From contig NC_043005.1 of assembly GCF_006345805.1 (NCBI RefSeq), positions 50,158,001 through 50,222,000 of the forward strand: 64,000 bases of DNA. Direction: 5' to 3'. Both the position numbers and the translations under genes were made by a program. Within the stretch, counting starts at the first letter, position 1. Each line of letters starts with the position of its first letter. The notes under the pieces were generated by a model. It did not search any database, was not told where the DNA came from, and worked only from the letters and a program-made list of their open reading frames with translations. This document shows, piece by piece, positions 1-13,548 of this stretch. Source of the stretch: Octopus sinensis. Lineage: Eukaryota.

Positions 1-486
1 GCAAAAAAAGGTGTCGGCTTAATCCTTTAAACTTTGGCGCCCGTGCCAGTGGAATGCTAAAAGCACCATCCAAGCATGATCATTGCCAGGGTCACTGACA
101 GGCTCCCATGCCGGTGGCACATAAATAGCACCATTCGAGTTTGATCATTACCAGCATCACCTTACTGGTATGTCAAAACCAACATTCGAGCAAGGTCGTT
201 GCCAGTGCCGCTGGACTGGCTCCTGTGCAGGTAGCACATCAAAAAACACCATTTCAGCATGGCCGTCGCCAGTACTGCCTGACTGGCCCTTGTGCCAGTG
301 GCACATAAAAGCACCAACTACACTCTTGGAGTAGTTGGCGTTAGGAAGGGCATCCAGCTGTAAAAACTCTGCCAGATCAGAATGGAGCCTGGTGCAGCCA
401 TCTGGCTCACCTCAGTCAAGCCATCCAACCCACGCCAGCATGGAAAGTAGATGTTAAGTGATGATGACGATGATGATGATGATGAT
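1..486 (+). mobile_element. RTE-type LINE 3' UTR fragment (5'-truncated)
   Basis: Repeated 'ggtggcacgtaaaagcacc' motifs, then 'ttggcgttaggaagggcatccagctgta...ccatccaacccacgccagcatggaaag' ending in (GAT)n. The same tail follows the RTE ORF remnant at 27855-28930. Confidence 0.75.
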
Positions 487-1574
487 TTCTTTGTTAAATG
501 TATTGCTTATTTATTCCCATTGTTTTGAATTAATCTTGCATTGTCTTGTAGCTTTGGGATTTCAATGGTGGGTACATTTTTAGAGTAACATTGTTGAGTA
601 GGTGTGAGAGGTTTGATCTGGTTGGTTTTAACATAAGAAAGGCAGAATATTTGGGCCAGAAATGACTGGAATAAATGGTAAAAGGTTAATAGAAAGAGGA
701 TGCCTTAACATTTTTGACATTAGTCCTTCAATAGGAAAAAAAAAAGGCGAAAGGGAAAATGAGAAACATATGGGGAGCAAGAAAGAGAAATAGGAGCAAA
801 GGGTTTGAAATCAGTTGGGAATGCTGTTCTGTGAGAGGGGATCAAGAAGGGTACAATGGACAGGTGTGCTGTTGCAAGCACAAAAGTGCATCTGTGCCTG
901 AGAATGAGTATAAGGGAGGAGTGAGTGTGTGTGTGTGTGTGTGTGTGCTAGCGTGGTGTATATATATATGTGTCGAAAGGAATGCAAGTGTAAAAGTATT
1001 GTGGCATTGGTTAGTGGGTGTCCGGGGTGCTGAAGTGTATGTGTCATCATTAGGGATTGGTGTGAAAGTGTGCATTTGAAGTGATGAGAGCATGTGTGAG
1101 TGTAAGGGAACAAAGCTTTTGACAAAGCACATGATATAGCAAGAGAGCGGTAGAAGGTGTTAATGATGTGTGTGCAAGTGTGTAACAAAAGTATAAAAAA
1201 AGGTGTGTATATATGGTGTGTGATATCCAGTATACATACAAAAGCATACATATTAAATACACTAGGAAGTGAATATGAAGAATTAAATTATGCTACTTAT
1301 GGTCAACTTAACTTCAAGTTTGATACAGTAGAGCCTTAATGAATCCTTTGACCATCTAAATGTCAGATCAGAGATTTCCAATAAATGCTGGTATTTCAGG
1401 TAGTTTTGTATCAGTGTAACTGGACATATACTCACTCATATAATTCTTTTTTTACTTGATCAACTTTAATTTTAGCTTTTATTTTAATCTTAACTTTCTC
1501 AAGTTTAACCTATCAGCACACTTCGTATCTCAGCATATAATCTAAGTAATGTTGACTATACTACTTATGACTGT

Positions 1575-1781
1575 GCATGTGTGTGTGTGTGTGTGTGTGT
1601 GTGTTTGTGTGTGCGTGCATGTATATATATATATATATTTATAAAATTTGTGAGAGCACAGGCCTTGTAAGTCCATTTGCATATATATATATATATATAC
1701 ACACACATATATATATATTGAGAGAGAGAGAGAAAGAGAAATTGGTAGATAGATAGATATACACATACATGCATATATATA

Positions 1782-1823
<42 letters not shown>

Positions 1824-1868
1824 CTGCTCTACGACTGCTTCTTTTCCAGATTTATGATGATTTACCGA

Positions 1869-1920
<52 letters not shown>

Positions 1921-2110
1921 ATATATGTGTGTGTGTGTGCAGAGAGAGAGAGAGAGAAAGAGCAATAGATACACACACACACGGAAGGTGGACATTTGAT
2001 GATGATGATGTGTGTGTGTTGTATGAGTTTGTGCATATAGACATACGTATACACACACAAACACATATATATATACATATATATTCTCATATACATATAC
2101 ACATGTATAT
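1575..2110. repeat. Compound (TG)n/(TA)n/(GA)n microsatellite block
   Basis: Seen directly. Confidence 0.9.
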
Positions 2111-3522
2111 ATACTGGAAACAGAAGTTCTGTGTTAATGCCAAATATATATGATATACTATGGAGATATTAAAGTTGTTACAGTTATGTCTGAAGGCATA
2201 TTCAGCATATTTATGCCAGCGTAATTGTTTTTTACAGATGGATGCTCTTCTTAGCGCTATCTGTTCAACTGTGAAGGAGGAGTAGAAACAATTTTCATTT
2301 CCCAGGCCAATAGGCAAGCAGTGTTGTGCGTAGGTCATTGCTGTAATGCCTTTGATCAGCAGGTTTGCTTGATCAGGATTGACCTGGGCTAAACAACAAT
2401 AAATGTAGCATATATATATAGAAACCAGTGAATCTGAATGCAGAATATCGTGAGTACATTTGCTTGATGGAACTATATCCAAAGATGGTGTGTGGGGGGG
2501 AAGAAGATGGAAAGGAAGATTAAAATGAGGAGTCGATGGTGGAGGAAGAAAAGACTGGAGAACAATGAGAAAGATGAAGAGAATGAAGCGGGATATGGAA
2601 TTGAATTCACCACACCAGACTTTATGAATGCTCAGTATCTGTATGGCATTGCCATTGTCATTTAATATCTGGTGCCAAGCAATACAAATTTGCCAAATTC
2701 TCAATTGAAAACAATATGAGCCATGCAGAGTTGTCTTCTTTGTTTATAAATGTAGACCTCAACTAGATTTTATCTCTTACATTTCAGCAATCCAGCTTAG
2801 GGTTTGAAACAATCGCAACAATGTTACCTGCCTGAACAAATAAGGATTGATTTTACTCCATATCCAATAAAGAATGACTTTTAGCAATAACTTGCTGTTA
2901 CTTCATTTACAAGAGACATCTGGACATAATATTGCACAAATGTATGCTCACATGACTCTGTGTGTGTGAGTGTGTGTGTGTGTCTGTTAGTGTGCGTGTG
3001 CATATAAATGTAATTCCAGGTAGATTGAGGTATGGTCTTTACATATAATGAGAGAATCACTTAAAATTTTGATGAGCTGAATGACAGGTCAAACCCAGAT
3101 CTTGGTCAGCTAAAAAAGAATTTTCTTTTACTACAAAATCTTTCTTGGCCACAATATACACAAAACTTTATTCCCTAAAATTTTCTCAGGAAAATCTCAG
3201 AAGGTAATACACACACACATGCACACACCCACACACACACAAACACACACAAAGTCCTGGGATTATCAGTTCATAGTGGCCTGGTTATGTGTTTAAGTCA
3301 CTGAACGTGCACTTGGTGTTTTAGCAAAAGACATTGAGTTTGACAAAATATATTTTCTTCCATCTGAAAGTATTACACAACACTATATATATATATTTAT
3401 ATATATATATGTTTATATAGGAGACAGAGAAAAGTCGAAGAGAAAAGGAAGAAGGAGGGAAAAATTGCGAACAGTCCACATGTAATTACATTTTGGATAT
3501 ATATATGTATATACACACACAC

Positions 3523-3554
<32 letters not shown>

Positions 3555-3940
3555 CTCTTTACTTTTTTACTTCTTTCAGTCATTTGACTGTGGCCATGCT
3601 GGAACACCGCCTTTAGTCGAGCAAATCGACCCCAGGACTTATTCATTGTAAGCCTAGAACTTTTTTCTATCGGTCTCTTTTGCCGAACCGCTAAGTTACG
3701 GGGACGTAAACACACCAGCATCGGTTGTCAAGCGATGTTGGGGGGACAAGTACAGACACTCAAACACACACACACACACACGTATATATACATATATACA
3801 ACGGGCATATATACTCACAAGGCATTGGTCGGCCCGAGGCTATAGTAGAAGACACTTGCCCAAGGTGCCACGCAATGGGACTGAACCCGGAACCATGTGG
3901 TTCGTAAGCAGGCTACTTACCACACAGCCACTCCTATGCC
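3555..3940 (-). mobile_element. tRNA-derived SINE, family A (CORE-like body, internal TA/TG tract)
   Basis: Reverse complement of the full-length copy at 15163-15572. Confidence 0.85.
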
Positions 3941-4019
<79 letters not shown>

Positions 4020-4444
4020 TATATTAATATATTTATTTATTTATATGTATATATACATATATTATATATGTCAGGCCATGACAGACAGAAAGGATGTTCT
4101 TGAAGCAGAGAATGCAAGCTTACAGAGACAATATTTACATGTCGCTTGAGGAAATACGTCTAGATCTCATAATGCAGAGAAACAGCTGCATAATCAAGCA
4201 TGCCTGGAGAACTACACTGCATGGAAGCAATTGTAGTGATAAAAAATAAATGCCCAGCCTTACTCCAAATGTTTTCATTTATCTATTCACACACAACAGA
4301 TGCCCAAATGCACAACTGGAAGTATGTATGATACTACTACTTGATAGCACAGGGGAAAATCTGAAGGTGGACAAGATTTATACTGTACTCTACTTTGTTC
4401 TTAACAGAATATACAATAACTGTATATATAAATATTCTTTTATT

Positions 4445-4810
4445 CTTTTCCAGGTTTCAGTTATTTGACTGCGGCCATGCTGGAGCACCACCTTTAGTTG
4501 AGCTAATCGACCCCAGGACTTATTATTTGTAAGCCTAGTATTTATTCTATCAGTCTCTTATGCTGAACTGCTAAATTACGGGGAAGTAAACACACCAACA
4601 CCAGTTGTCAAGTGATGGTGGGGTGGCAAAAACAGACATACACACACACACACACATTCGATGGGCTTCTTTCAGTTTTCGTCTACCAAATCCACTCACA
4701 AGGCTTTGGTCAACCCGAAGCTATAGTAGAAGAGAGGTGCCCAAAGGGGCCATGCAGTGGGACTGAACCCAGAACCATGTGGTTGGGAAGCAAGCTTCTT
4801 ACCACACATA
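4445..4810 (-). mobile_element. SINE family A
   Basis: Same head, body and tail as 15163-15572. Confidence 0.8.
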
Positions 4811-5269
4811 TACACATATGTATATATGTATAAATATATATAAGAATTTTAGAAACTTCTATATGAAATTAATAATTTTACACAGGTAGAACTCTAGGCA
4901 GATAAAAACTATAAATAATAGCTTGTAGAATATTGTGTTAAAAAGCTTACACAACCAGCCTTCAACATTTTTCTACCCCTCAACTATTTTCCTTCCAAGG
5001 GATTTTAAAACCAATATTTTACATGTTAATATTCATACATGTACTCATTTTTGTCAATTTTCATTTATTTCTTAGCCTAAGTGACTGAAATTATTATGCT
5101 ATTACCCAGAGTATGTCATTAATAGAATTTGCATGCTAACTGAGAAATTATGAAAATTCAATATATTGGCGGTAGCAAGGTATTGAGATAGTTACAAATT
5201 TATGGATTGCATATTAATAGAAAAATGAAACTGTGTGGTAAGAAGCTTGCTCCAAGTCACCTTCTCAAG

Positions 5270-5490
5270 TTATGCTGACTCATAAGAGCTGGTTTCCTAG
5301 TTTCATGATGAATAAATTCCCCACCTTGTCCATCGCAGGATTACTCATTTTTGCCAGCTGAGTGGATTGAAGCAAATTGAAATGAAGTGTTTTGCTCAAG
5401 AACACAACACGTCACCTGATCCAGGAGTTGAAACCACAATCTTGTGATCATGAATTCAACACCCTAATCACTAAGCCATGTACCTCCACA
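5270..5490 (-). mobile_element. tRNA-derived SINE, family C ('ttcttgagcaa' body)
   Basis: Homologous to 21020-21230, 28488-28797 and 39041-39370. Confidence 0.7.
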
Positions 5491-5778
5491 AGAAGCTTGC
5501 TTATTAACCACATTGCTCTGAGTTCACTCCCTGTGCATGACACCTTAGTCATATATATATATAGAATAAATTTAAGACTTTAGCTCTTATTTCTAGCAGG
5601 TGGATGCATGTTAAGCATCCTTACGCTTCGTGCAAATTTATAATTCATAGCTATTTAATGCAATTTTGCCTGCGAGCCACCTATGTCACTGCTGGTGATA
5701 TCATCAATTTAAAGATTTATCCACAGATGATATGAACAGTAGTGACATCTGATTTCAAATCTCAGTGTTTGAATGTTT

Positions 5779-5832
<54 letters not shown>

Positions 5833-5936
5833 AGTATATACCAATGTGTGTCTTTGAGTTTGTGTTTCTCCCACCACTATCACCACCATCCCCAACACAA
5901 CCACCACCACCACCACCACCATTAATCACATATATA

Positions 5937-6086
5937 ATTAATGAGAGACAGAAGATGGCATATAGAGTTTTTATCGATCACTACAATTATTTCGACCTAT
6001 CTAGCCACAGCCCTTCACAGGTAGGGTACTGAACAGCTGATTTAGGTGTACCTTTCAATTGGGTTTTGAGATATTTTGATAAAGTA
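5937..6086 (-). mobile_element. Dispersed repeat with HHR-like geometry (Penelope-like terminus), copy 1
   Basis: 5937-6022 is identical to 12967-13052. The minus strand reads ctgtgaa-gggc...ggtc-gaaa-taattgt-a. Confidence 0.5.
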
Positions 6087-6282
6087 TTGGTTTGTTTGCA
6101 TCCCCCTTAGTTCAACATGAGAGATCAATAGAATAAGTATCAGGTTTAAGATAAGTAGTAGGGTCAAATTGCCCCACTAAAACCCTTCAAAGCAGTACTC
6201 CAGCATGACTGCAGTAAAAGACAAAAGATAAAAGATACAGTATGTTTTTTTTTTTTGTGTGTGTATACACAATTTACAAACG

Positions 6283-6447
6283 TTACACCAAATCCCAAAC
6301 TGTTTTTATTGATGAATATTGGTAGAACGATTGATTGATCTTTTTCGATTCTCTTTGATATTCTTCAATTACCCAATCTTTACTTGAGTCATATGTTCTC
6401 ATAACACACTTTGAATTAATTACTGAATAATAACAATTAGGGTCATG
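6283..6447 (-). CDS. Candidate terminal coding exon, product unknown
   Basis: Acceptor 'tacatttttcttaatcag|' is followed by 54 stop-free, non-repetitive codons (HDPNCYYSVINSKCVMRTYDSSKDWVIEEYQRESKKINQSFYQYSSIKTVWDLV*). No homology recognised. Confidence 0.25.
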   Translation of the reverse strand, partial: HDPNCYYSVINSKCVMRTYDSSKDWVIEEYQRESKKINQSFYQYSSIKTVWDLV

Positions 6448-6839
6448 CTGATTAAGAAAAATGTAATTGGATCAATCAAAGAGTAATTAGTTAATAATGA
6501 AAATAACAAAATAGTATTGATTTGCCATTTACTTCAAAACTAACCATTCGGAAATTTCATGTTCAACAAAGGGTTATATATCGTAGGATGTTGTTTATTA
6601 CTTAATTAAAACTAAGATGAAAATAACCCCAGAATATGAACCTTGAAACCTTGGTAATTTCAGTTTATTAAGGGGTAATTGGTGACACCTGCATAAACTG
6701 GAAGAAGGAAGAAGCTAGGGAATACACTGAATGAGAAGTTATATAATGGGCCTTAGGGATATACTGGTTGGTTTCAGAAAGTTTTGTTGAGGACAAGAGG
6801 ATATAGAGGTTCGTGATTAGTGATGGCTGAAGATATATG

Positions 6840-7320
6840 ATGAAATTAGAGGGAAAGAGAGGAGGTGAGAGAGAGAGCGAGAGAGAAAGAGATAGAGAGA
6901 GGTGATATAATGAGGGAGAGATAGAGAAGGAGAGAATAAGCAAGAGAGAGAGAGAGAGATGGTGAAAGAGAGACAGACAGAGCAAGCAAAAAGGAGAGCA
7001 AACAAGAGAAGGCATAAGAAGCAAGAAAGAGAGAGAAAGAGAAAGAAAAGAGGGGAATAGGTAAGAGAAAGAGAGTGCAAACAAGAGAGAGAGAAGAGGG
7101 AGAACAAGCAAGAGAAAGAGAAAGCAAGAGAGAGAGAGAGAGGGTGGGTGGGGAGAGAGTAAGTATGCTAAAGAAAGAGAGAGTGAGCAAGTGAGGGAAA
7201 GAGTGAGAGAAAGAGGGTGAGCAAGCAAGAGAGAAAGAGAAGAGGGAGAGCAAGCAAAAGAGAGAGAGAGTAAGAAAGAGAGAGAGAGAGGGAGAGCAAG
7301 CAAGAGAGAGAAATGATGAT
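6840..7320 (+). repeat. Degenerate (GA)-rich polypurine tract
   Basis: About 480 bp of almost exclusively A/G. Confidence 0.85.
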
Positions 7321-7693
7321 ACCTAGAAAACATTCGACTCCTTTAACATAAGTTGTTTGTACAGATGAAATGATTGACTTCTATCATTTCAACTCATCAT
7401 GCAATCAGAATCTTCCAGAATTACTTTTATTCATATCATATCAAATAAATGATCAATTTTATGCTTCATTCTCTCATTTTTTTTTTTTACTGAAAATAAG
7501 GAAAAAAAATTCTTAAACGGATTGGTTGAAATTAAAGTTATTTGTATATGTAATTAACCTACCAATATTACATAGATCTGGCGCTTGACTGTTCAGTATT
7601 TTGAAAAGTTATGCAATTATCAAGTATGTATCTGTGGATTAGAATGTGAATGTATGTGCGTGTGTGTATGTGTGTGTGTATGTATGGATGTAT

Positions 7694-7746
<53 letters not shown>

Positions 7747-7794
7747 TGTATGTATGTATGCATGTATGTATGTATGCATGTATATATATATATA

Positions 7795-8642
7795 TAATTT
7801 TAATTTCATGCATACACATTGTTTCTGATTTAGTTGACTATACAGTATAGTAGGGTCAGTTGGGTACCATCTGTGAGAAAAACAGCACCAAGACACAATT
7901 CACTCAGCCAGAAATTTGGAAATGACATGCTGTACTCCTTACCATTCATGCCAGATGCTCTAATACAAACATTTCAGAGTGTTTGGGTGTCAATTTGAGG
8001 ACAGTGCAATATGAGGATATGTACCAAGAGAGATAAAAATCAAAGATCCAGTCAACATCATGGCGTTTGGAGTGATTACTAGTGATAGTGACATTATGCC
8101 TCCATTCATCTTTCCACATGACCTCAGACTCAACACAGAGGCCTACATCAAATGCCTGGAGGAGGTAGTGCTGCCCTGAGTCAAGAGGATGGCTGGCTGC
8201 TGGAAGACACTATGTCTGGCAACAGGACACTCTGCTCCATTCCACACAAGCAGGAGAAACCCAGTCATGGATGTCAGACAATTTCTGCAACCACAGCATC
8301 CCTAACATCTGGTCACCTAACTCCCCTGACTATAATCCCCTTGATTATTATGTGTGGGATGCAGTTGAGTGAAAGACCAACAAACTCCTTGTAACACCAA
8401 AGATGAACTGAAAGCAAGGATTATAGCAGTATTCACCAACTTAAACAAGGAGACCGTCCAGAAGCGTTGCAGGAGATTCTGAAGTTGTCTGGAGGCCAAT
8501 GGCGAATTTATTGAATAAATTTACTCTTTACTATTTCAAGATATTTTTATGTAATTTTGGTAAATATATCTGTTAAAATGAAATGTTAATGTTATTTTCA
8601 TTTTTGCATAATTTTGACGACAGTTTATTCACCGCACTCTGT
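7795..8642 (+). mobile_element. Decayed Tc1/mariner element, DD37D (maT) transposase remnant
   Basis: Frameshifted translation IMAFGVITSD...MPPFIFPH...WQQD(S)APFHTSR...IWSPNSPDYNPLDYYVWD...ANGEFIE*. There are 37 residues between the QQD and NPLD aspartates after frameshift repair. The right TIR 'cagtttattcaccgcactctgta' ends in TA. Confidence 0.85.
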
Positions 8643-8699
8643 ATATATGTTTATTTATATATTTATATGTGTAGATATATGTGTATATAAATATACCTG

Positions 8700-8985
8700 T
8701 TCACCACAGCAGAATTGATATCAGTGCAGGTGCTATATAAAAAGCACCCAGTACACTCTGTGGAGTGGTTGCCATTAGGAAGAGCATCCAGCCATAGAAA
8801 TCATGTCAGAACAGACAGTAGAGTCTAGTGTGGCTCCCTACCCTTACAGACTCCTGTCTAACTGTCGGACCCATGTCACCATGGAAAACAAACATTGAAT
8901 GAAGATGATGATGATGATGATGAGCCTGGTGCACTCCTCAGTCAAACAGTCCAATCCATACCAGTATGGAAAGCAGATGTAAAAC

Positions 8986-9020
<35 letters not shown>
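8700..9020 (+). mobile_element. Two adjacent RTE-type 3' tail fragments
   Basis: Each has 'aggaagagcatccagcc / catggaaagcagatgtaaaac' followed by (GAT)n. Confidence 0.65.
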
Positions 9021-9021
<1 letters not shown>

Positions 9022-9030
9022 ATACATATT

Positions 9031-9115
9031 CCTTTCTATAGACGAACATAAACTCAAAATGTCAAAGACTATTCCATCTTTCCTGAACATGAAACTAATA
9101 CACCTAGTTTGTCAT
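9031..9115 (+). mobile_element. Penelope-like terminal repeat with decayed minimal HHR (CUGU family)
   Basis: 'cttt-ctataga-c-gaac-ataa-actc-aaaa-tgt-c-aaag'; homologous to 49870-49970 and 57681-57770. Confidence 0.55.
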
Positions 9116-9202
9116 TCCTTGTTGCTGTTTTTTTTTTTGAGTGTGTGTGAGTATATATATATATATATATATAGGTATTCTTGTGTATGTATGTGTGTGT
9201 AT

Positions 9203-9267
9203 ATATATATATATGCATGTATATGTATGAATGTATTTGTGTGTGCAGATATACACATGTAAATATC

Positions 9268-9320
<53 letters not shown>

Positions 9321-10064
9321 TATATATATATATATATAATTATATATATATGTGTGTGAAGAGAGGGAGAGACAGAGGGAGAGACAGAGCAAGAGAAAGA
9401 GTCATAGCCACATACTTATTAAGCCTATACTTAGTCTTAGACACACACACACGCACACATACACAGACACACACAGATATACAGATACAAGACAAACTAT
9501 GGAAGCAGACTTTAAATCAAATATGGTTGCTTAGTAGTAAATAAATTTTGACATTGATCTTTCACTTGATGTTAAGACCACTTGGCTATGTACACAGTAT
9601 ATTGTATAAGTAAACTGTACTTTTGTCAGCTATCTCATAGAGTGGAAGCTGTGCTTTCATTGGGATTACAATTAATCTACTTCATGTACTTGATTGGTTA
9701 ACTTTACTTTCGTTTTACTTTTATTTCTTTTATCTAATTTTACTTTATTCTTTGAGTGTCACATGAGGGTCAAAGTGGGATGCCAAAATATAAAAAAATA
9801 ACACTCTACTCAACATCAATAAATAACATAGGCACAGGAGTGGCTTTGTGGAACTAGTTTGCTTACCAACCACATGGTTCCGGGTTCAGTCCCACTGTGT
9901 GGCACCTTGGGTAAGTGTTTTCCGCTATAGTCTCGGCCGACCAAAGTTTTGTGAGTGGATTTGGTAGACGGAAACTGAAAGAAGCCTGTTGTGTGTAATA
10001 TATATATATATGCATGTATATGTATGAATGTATTTGTGTGTGCAGATATACACATGTAAATATC

Positions 10065-10109
<45 letters not shown>

Positions 10110-10810
10110 TATATATATATATATATATAATTATATATATATGTGTGTGAAGAGAGGGAGAGACAGAGGGAGAGACAGAGCAAGAGAAAGAGTCATAGCC
10201 ACATACTTATTAAGCCTATACTTAGTCTTAGATACACACACACGCACACATACACAGACACACACAGATATACAGATACAAGACAAACTATGGAAGCAGA
10301 CTTTAAATCAAATATGGTTGCTTAGTAGTAAATAAATTTTGACATTGATCTTTCACTTGATGTTAAGACCACTTGGCTATGTACACAGTATATTGTATAA
10401 GTAAACTGTACTTTTGTCAGCTATCTCATAGAGTGGAAGCTGTGCTTTCATTGGGATTACAATTAATCTACTTCATGTACTTGATTGGTTAACTTTACTT
10501 CGTTTTACTTTTATTTCTTTTATCTAATTTTACTTTATTCTTTGAGTGTCACATGAGGGTCAAAGTGGGATGCCAAAATATAAAAAAATAACACTCTACT
10601 CAACATCAATAAATAACATAGGCACAGGAGTGGCTTTGTGGAAACTAGTTTGCTTACCAACCACATGGTTCCGGGTTCAGTCCCACTGTGTGGCACCTTG
10701 GGTAAGTGTTTTCCGCTATAGTCTCGGCCGACCAAAGTTTTGTGAGTGGATTTGGTAGACGGAAACTGAAAGAAGCCTGTTGTGTGTAATATATATATAT
10801 ATATATATAT
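9203..10810. repeat. Near-identical tandem duplication, unit ~791 bp
   Basis: 9350 aligns with 10141 (offset 791). Only isolated differences; junctions lie in (TA)n; each unit contains a SINE A 5' half. Confidence 0.9.
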
Positions 10811-11184
10811 ATAAATATACGTTTTATTTATTATTTTGCACATTACTTAATCATTGTTATATGTTTTATCTTATATTTAATCTTTCTGTAATATGTAATT
10901 TTTCTAAATGGTATAATTTTTCATTATTGAATTGATAAAAGGTGGGTTTTTTTCTAATTTATATATATGAGTGTGTCTGTGTGTATGTATGTATGTATGT
11001 ATATGTTTGTGTGTCTGTGTTTGTACCCCCAACATCACTTGACAACTTGCCTTCCGAACCTAAAAGGATTTGGTAAGATAACTACCAGTCCAGTCAAGCA
11101 CTGGGGTTGATGTAAAATCGACTTATCTCCTCCCTAAAATTACTGGCCTTGTGCCAAAATTTGAAGCCAATATAATATGGCTGT

Positions 11185-11620
11185 ATAAGGTGGTGAGCTG
11201 GCAAAAATGTTGATATGCTGGGCAAATTGATTAGCCACATTTCACCTGACTTTACATTCTGAGTTCAAATTTTTTTGACCCCAAAAGGATGAACGGCAAA
11301 GTCAACTTCAGCAGAATTTGAACTCAGAACATAAATATGGATGAAATGCTGTTAAGCATTTTATCTGGCATACTTATGGTACTGCCAGCTCACTTCATTA
11401 GGATTGCAATAAAATACCGATTTCAAATTCTGGCACAAGGCCTGCAATTTTGGGGTTGGGGATAAGTCGATTACATTAACCCCCAGTGCCCAAATGGTAT
11501 TTATTTTGTCAACCCCAAAATGATGAAAAGAAAAGTTGACCCTGGTCCACATAAAGACAGACAACATGCTGCTAAGTATTTCACCTGGCGTATCAATGAT
11601 TCTGCCTGTTTGCTGCCTTC
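11185..11620. mobile_element. SINE family B fragments in both orientations
   Basis: Contain 'ggtggtgagctggcaaaaatgtt...gagttcaaatt' and 'aaaggatgaacggcaaagtcaac'. Confidence 0.65.
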
Positions 11621-12254
11621 AAGACTGCAATAGAATATTGCAAAGCATTTTAGCTGACTTCTTTACTGTTTCTGCTGACTTCTTTAGGAAAAGTTTGATT
11701 TTTAATTTTAGCATTGGACTCTTAATGACCCTCAAAAATTGAAGTACATGTATAATTGAATTTCATTTCTTGATTACTATTTTTCAGGTAGTCTCATTCT
11801 GTTAGAAATAGCAACTAAATTTTCCTTAAAATTACATTAACATCTTAATGAAAAAGGGCTGATGCATTGAAACCACAGGAATGTGGAAAGCAAAGTCCAC
11901 TTGAGTAGCAGAACACAAAGAGTAGTAATTAAATACAAGATAATTAGTCTGCTCTCTAACATCTTTAAAAGAACACTTAATGAATTAAAAGCTATCCCAC
12001 CCCCGACAAAAAAGATCATAAAAAATATACACAAAAAATATCGTATCAAAGTATTCCAAAAACCAATTGAGCAGAAACGATAATCCCATTAGGATTAGCT
12101 GCATGATAATCCTAAGTATAAACACACTTATTAAAATCTATAATGCAACATATGAACACTAACAAATGAGCTGCTATTTTGTGGCTCATCCTGCTAGAAA
12201 TACTAGTCAAACATCTTTCAAATTACAACCAATTGTCTTAGATATAGAAGGCTT

Positions 12255-12615
12255 CATTGAATAATTTCATTGGAAATTGCAGTTGTGATACCTGTGCCGG
12301 TGGCACGTAAAAGCACCATCCAAATGTGGCCGATGCCAGCGCTGCCTTGACTGGCTTCTGTGCCGGTGGCATGTAAAAAGCACCAACCGATTGTGGCCAC
12401 TGTCAGCCTCCCCTGGCACCTGTGCCGGTGGCACGTAAAAAGCATCCACAACACTCATGGAGTGGTTGGTGTTAGGAAAGGCATCCAGCTGTAGAAACAC
12501 TGCCAGATCAGACTGGAGCTTGGGACAGCCTCCGGGCTTCCCAGACCCCGGTCGATCCGTCCAACCCATGCTAGCATGGAAAACGGACATTAAACAATGA
12601 TAATGATGATGATGA
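12255..12615 (+). mobile_element. RTE-type LINE 3' UTR fragment
   Basis: Same motifs as 1-486, ending (GAT)n. Confidence 0.75.
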
Positions 12616-12874
12616 TATACATTACCTGAAAAAAGATATATATAAAGATTTACTGCTAGAAAACCTTTCAATAACAAAGTTAACCTCTAACCATTTATAT
12701 ATGCACACACACCACACATTAATGTTTGTTCCTACATTGAGATATGATAAAAACCAGTTTTACATTAAACTGAAGAATCACTCTATATTTTTTGTAAAAT
12801 ACATATTTATTATACTTCTACAAGAAGAGTGATGAGAGCAATTTTGAAGTTTTGGGTTTCTAGCTTTCATCTCA

Positions 12875-12909
<35 letters not shown>

Positions 12910-12966
12910 ACCTATCTATCTATCTATCTACCTACCTCACTACACACACACACACACACATATATG

Positions 12967-13116
12967 ATTAATGAGAGACAGAAGATGGCATATAGAGTTT
13001 TTATCGATCACTACAATTATTTCGACCTATCTAGCCACAGCCCTTCACAGGTGGGGTTCTGAACAGCTGGTTTAGGTGAACACTTCAATTGGGTTGGGGG
13101 ATATTTTGATACAGTA
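12967..13116 (-). mobile_element. Dispersed repeat with HHR-like geometry, copy 2
   Basis: 86 nt identical to 5937-6022, then about 80% similar. Confidence 0.5.
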
Positions 13117-13548
13117 ATGTTTTGTGTGTATTCATTATTATTTTTTTTTTGTGGGATGCAGGCTGAACCCAGAACCATGTGGTTGTAAAACAAGTTTCTT
13201 ACCACACAACCATGCCTGTGCTTAAAAGTGAGATGTTTATAGCACTTATGTTTCACAAGGTGTCACCCATCTAAATACTCAGTAAGCTCAATATTGCTTA
13301 ACTTTGGTGGTTGGATGTGAGCCATGTCTGGGGCACAATCTGGAAGGGATCAGTCAAATAAATTGACTCCAGTAATTATATTTGTTTAAAGTGTCCATTT
13401 ATTCTATCAATTTCTTTTTGCTGAACCATTAAGTTACAAGGATAGAAAAAAAAACCCAAGACAAGTTCTCAAGTAGTGGTAGGGGAAAACACAAATGTAT
13501 TTATACATATATATATATAATCAAAATAAGCAACAAGAATGACTCCGG

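Noticed and set aside
1264-1339. GSEYEELNYATYGQLNFKFDTVEP* followed by AATAAA at 1380
   Set aside because: It looks like a tyrosine-motif tail, but there is no pyrimidine tract before the AG; too short to support.
1432-1508. Lys-rich minus-strand frame ending at gtgagt
   Set aside because: Expected from a T-rich plus strand, and the acceptor is poor.
4073-4250. Coiled-coil-like AMTDRKDVLEAENASLQRQ
   Set aside because: It needs a frameshift to extend, and the acceptor is embedded in (TA)n.
12625-12650. Polypyrimidine-AG|GT motifs suggesting recursive splice sites (also 11780, 25619, 29135)
   Set aside because: Such motifs occur on both strands at a frequency plausible by chance.
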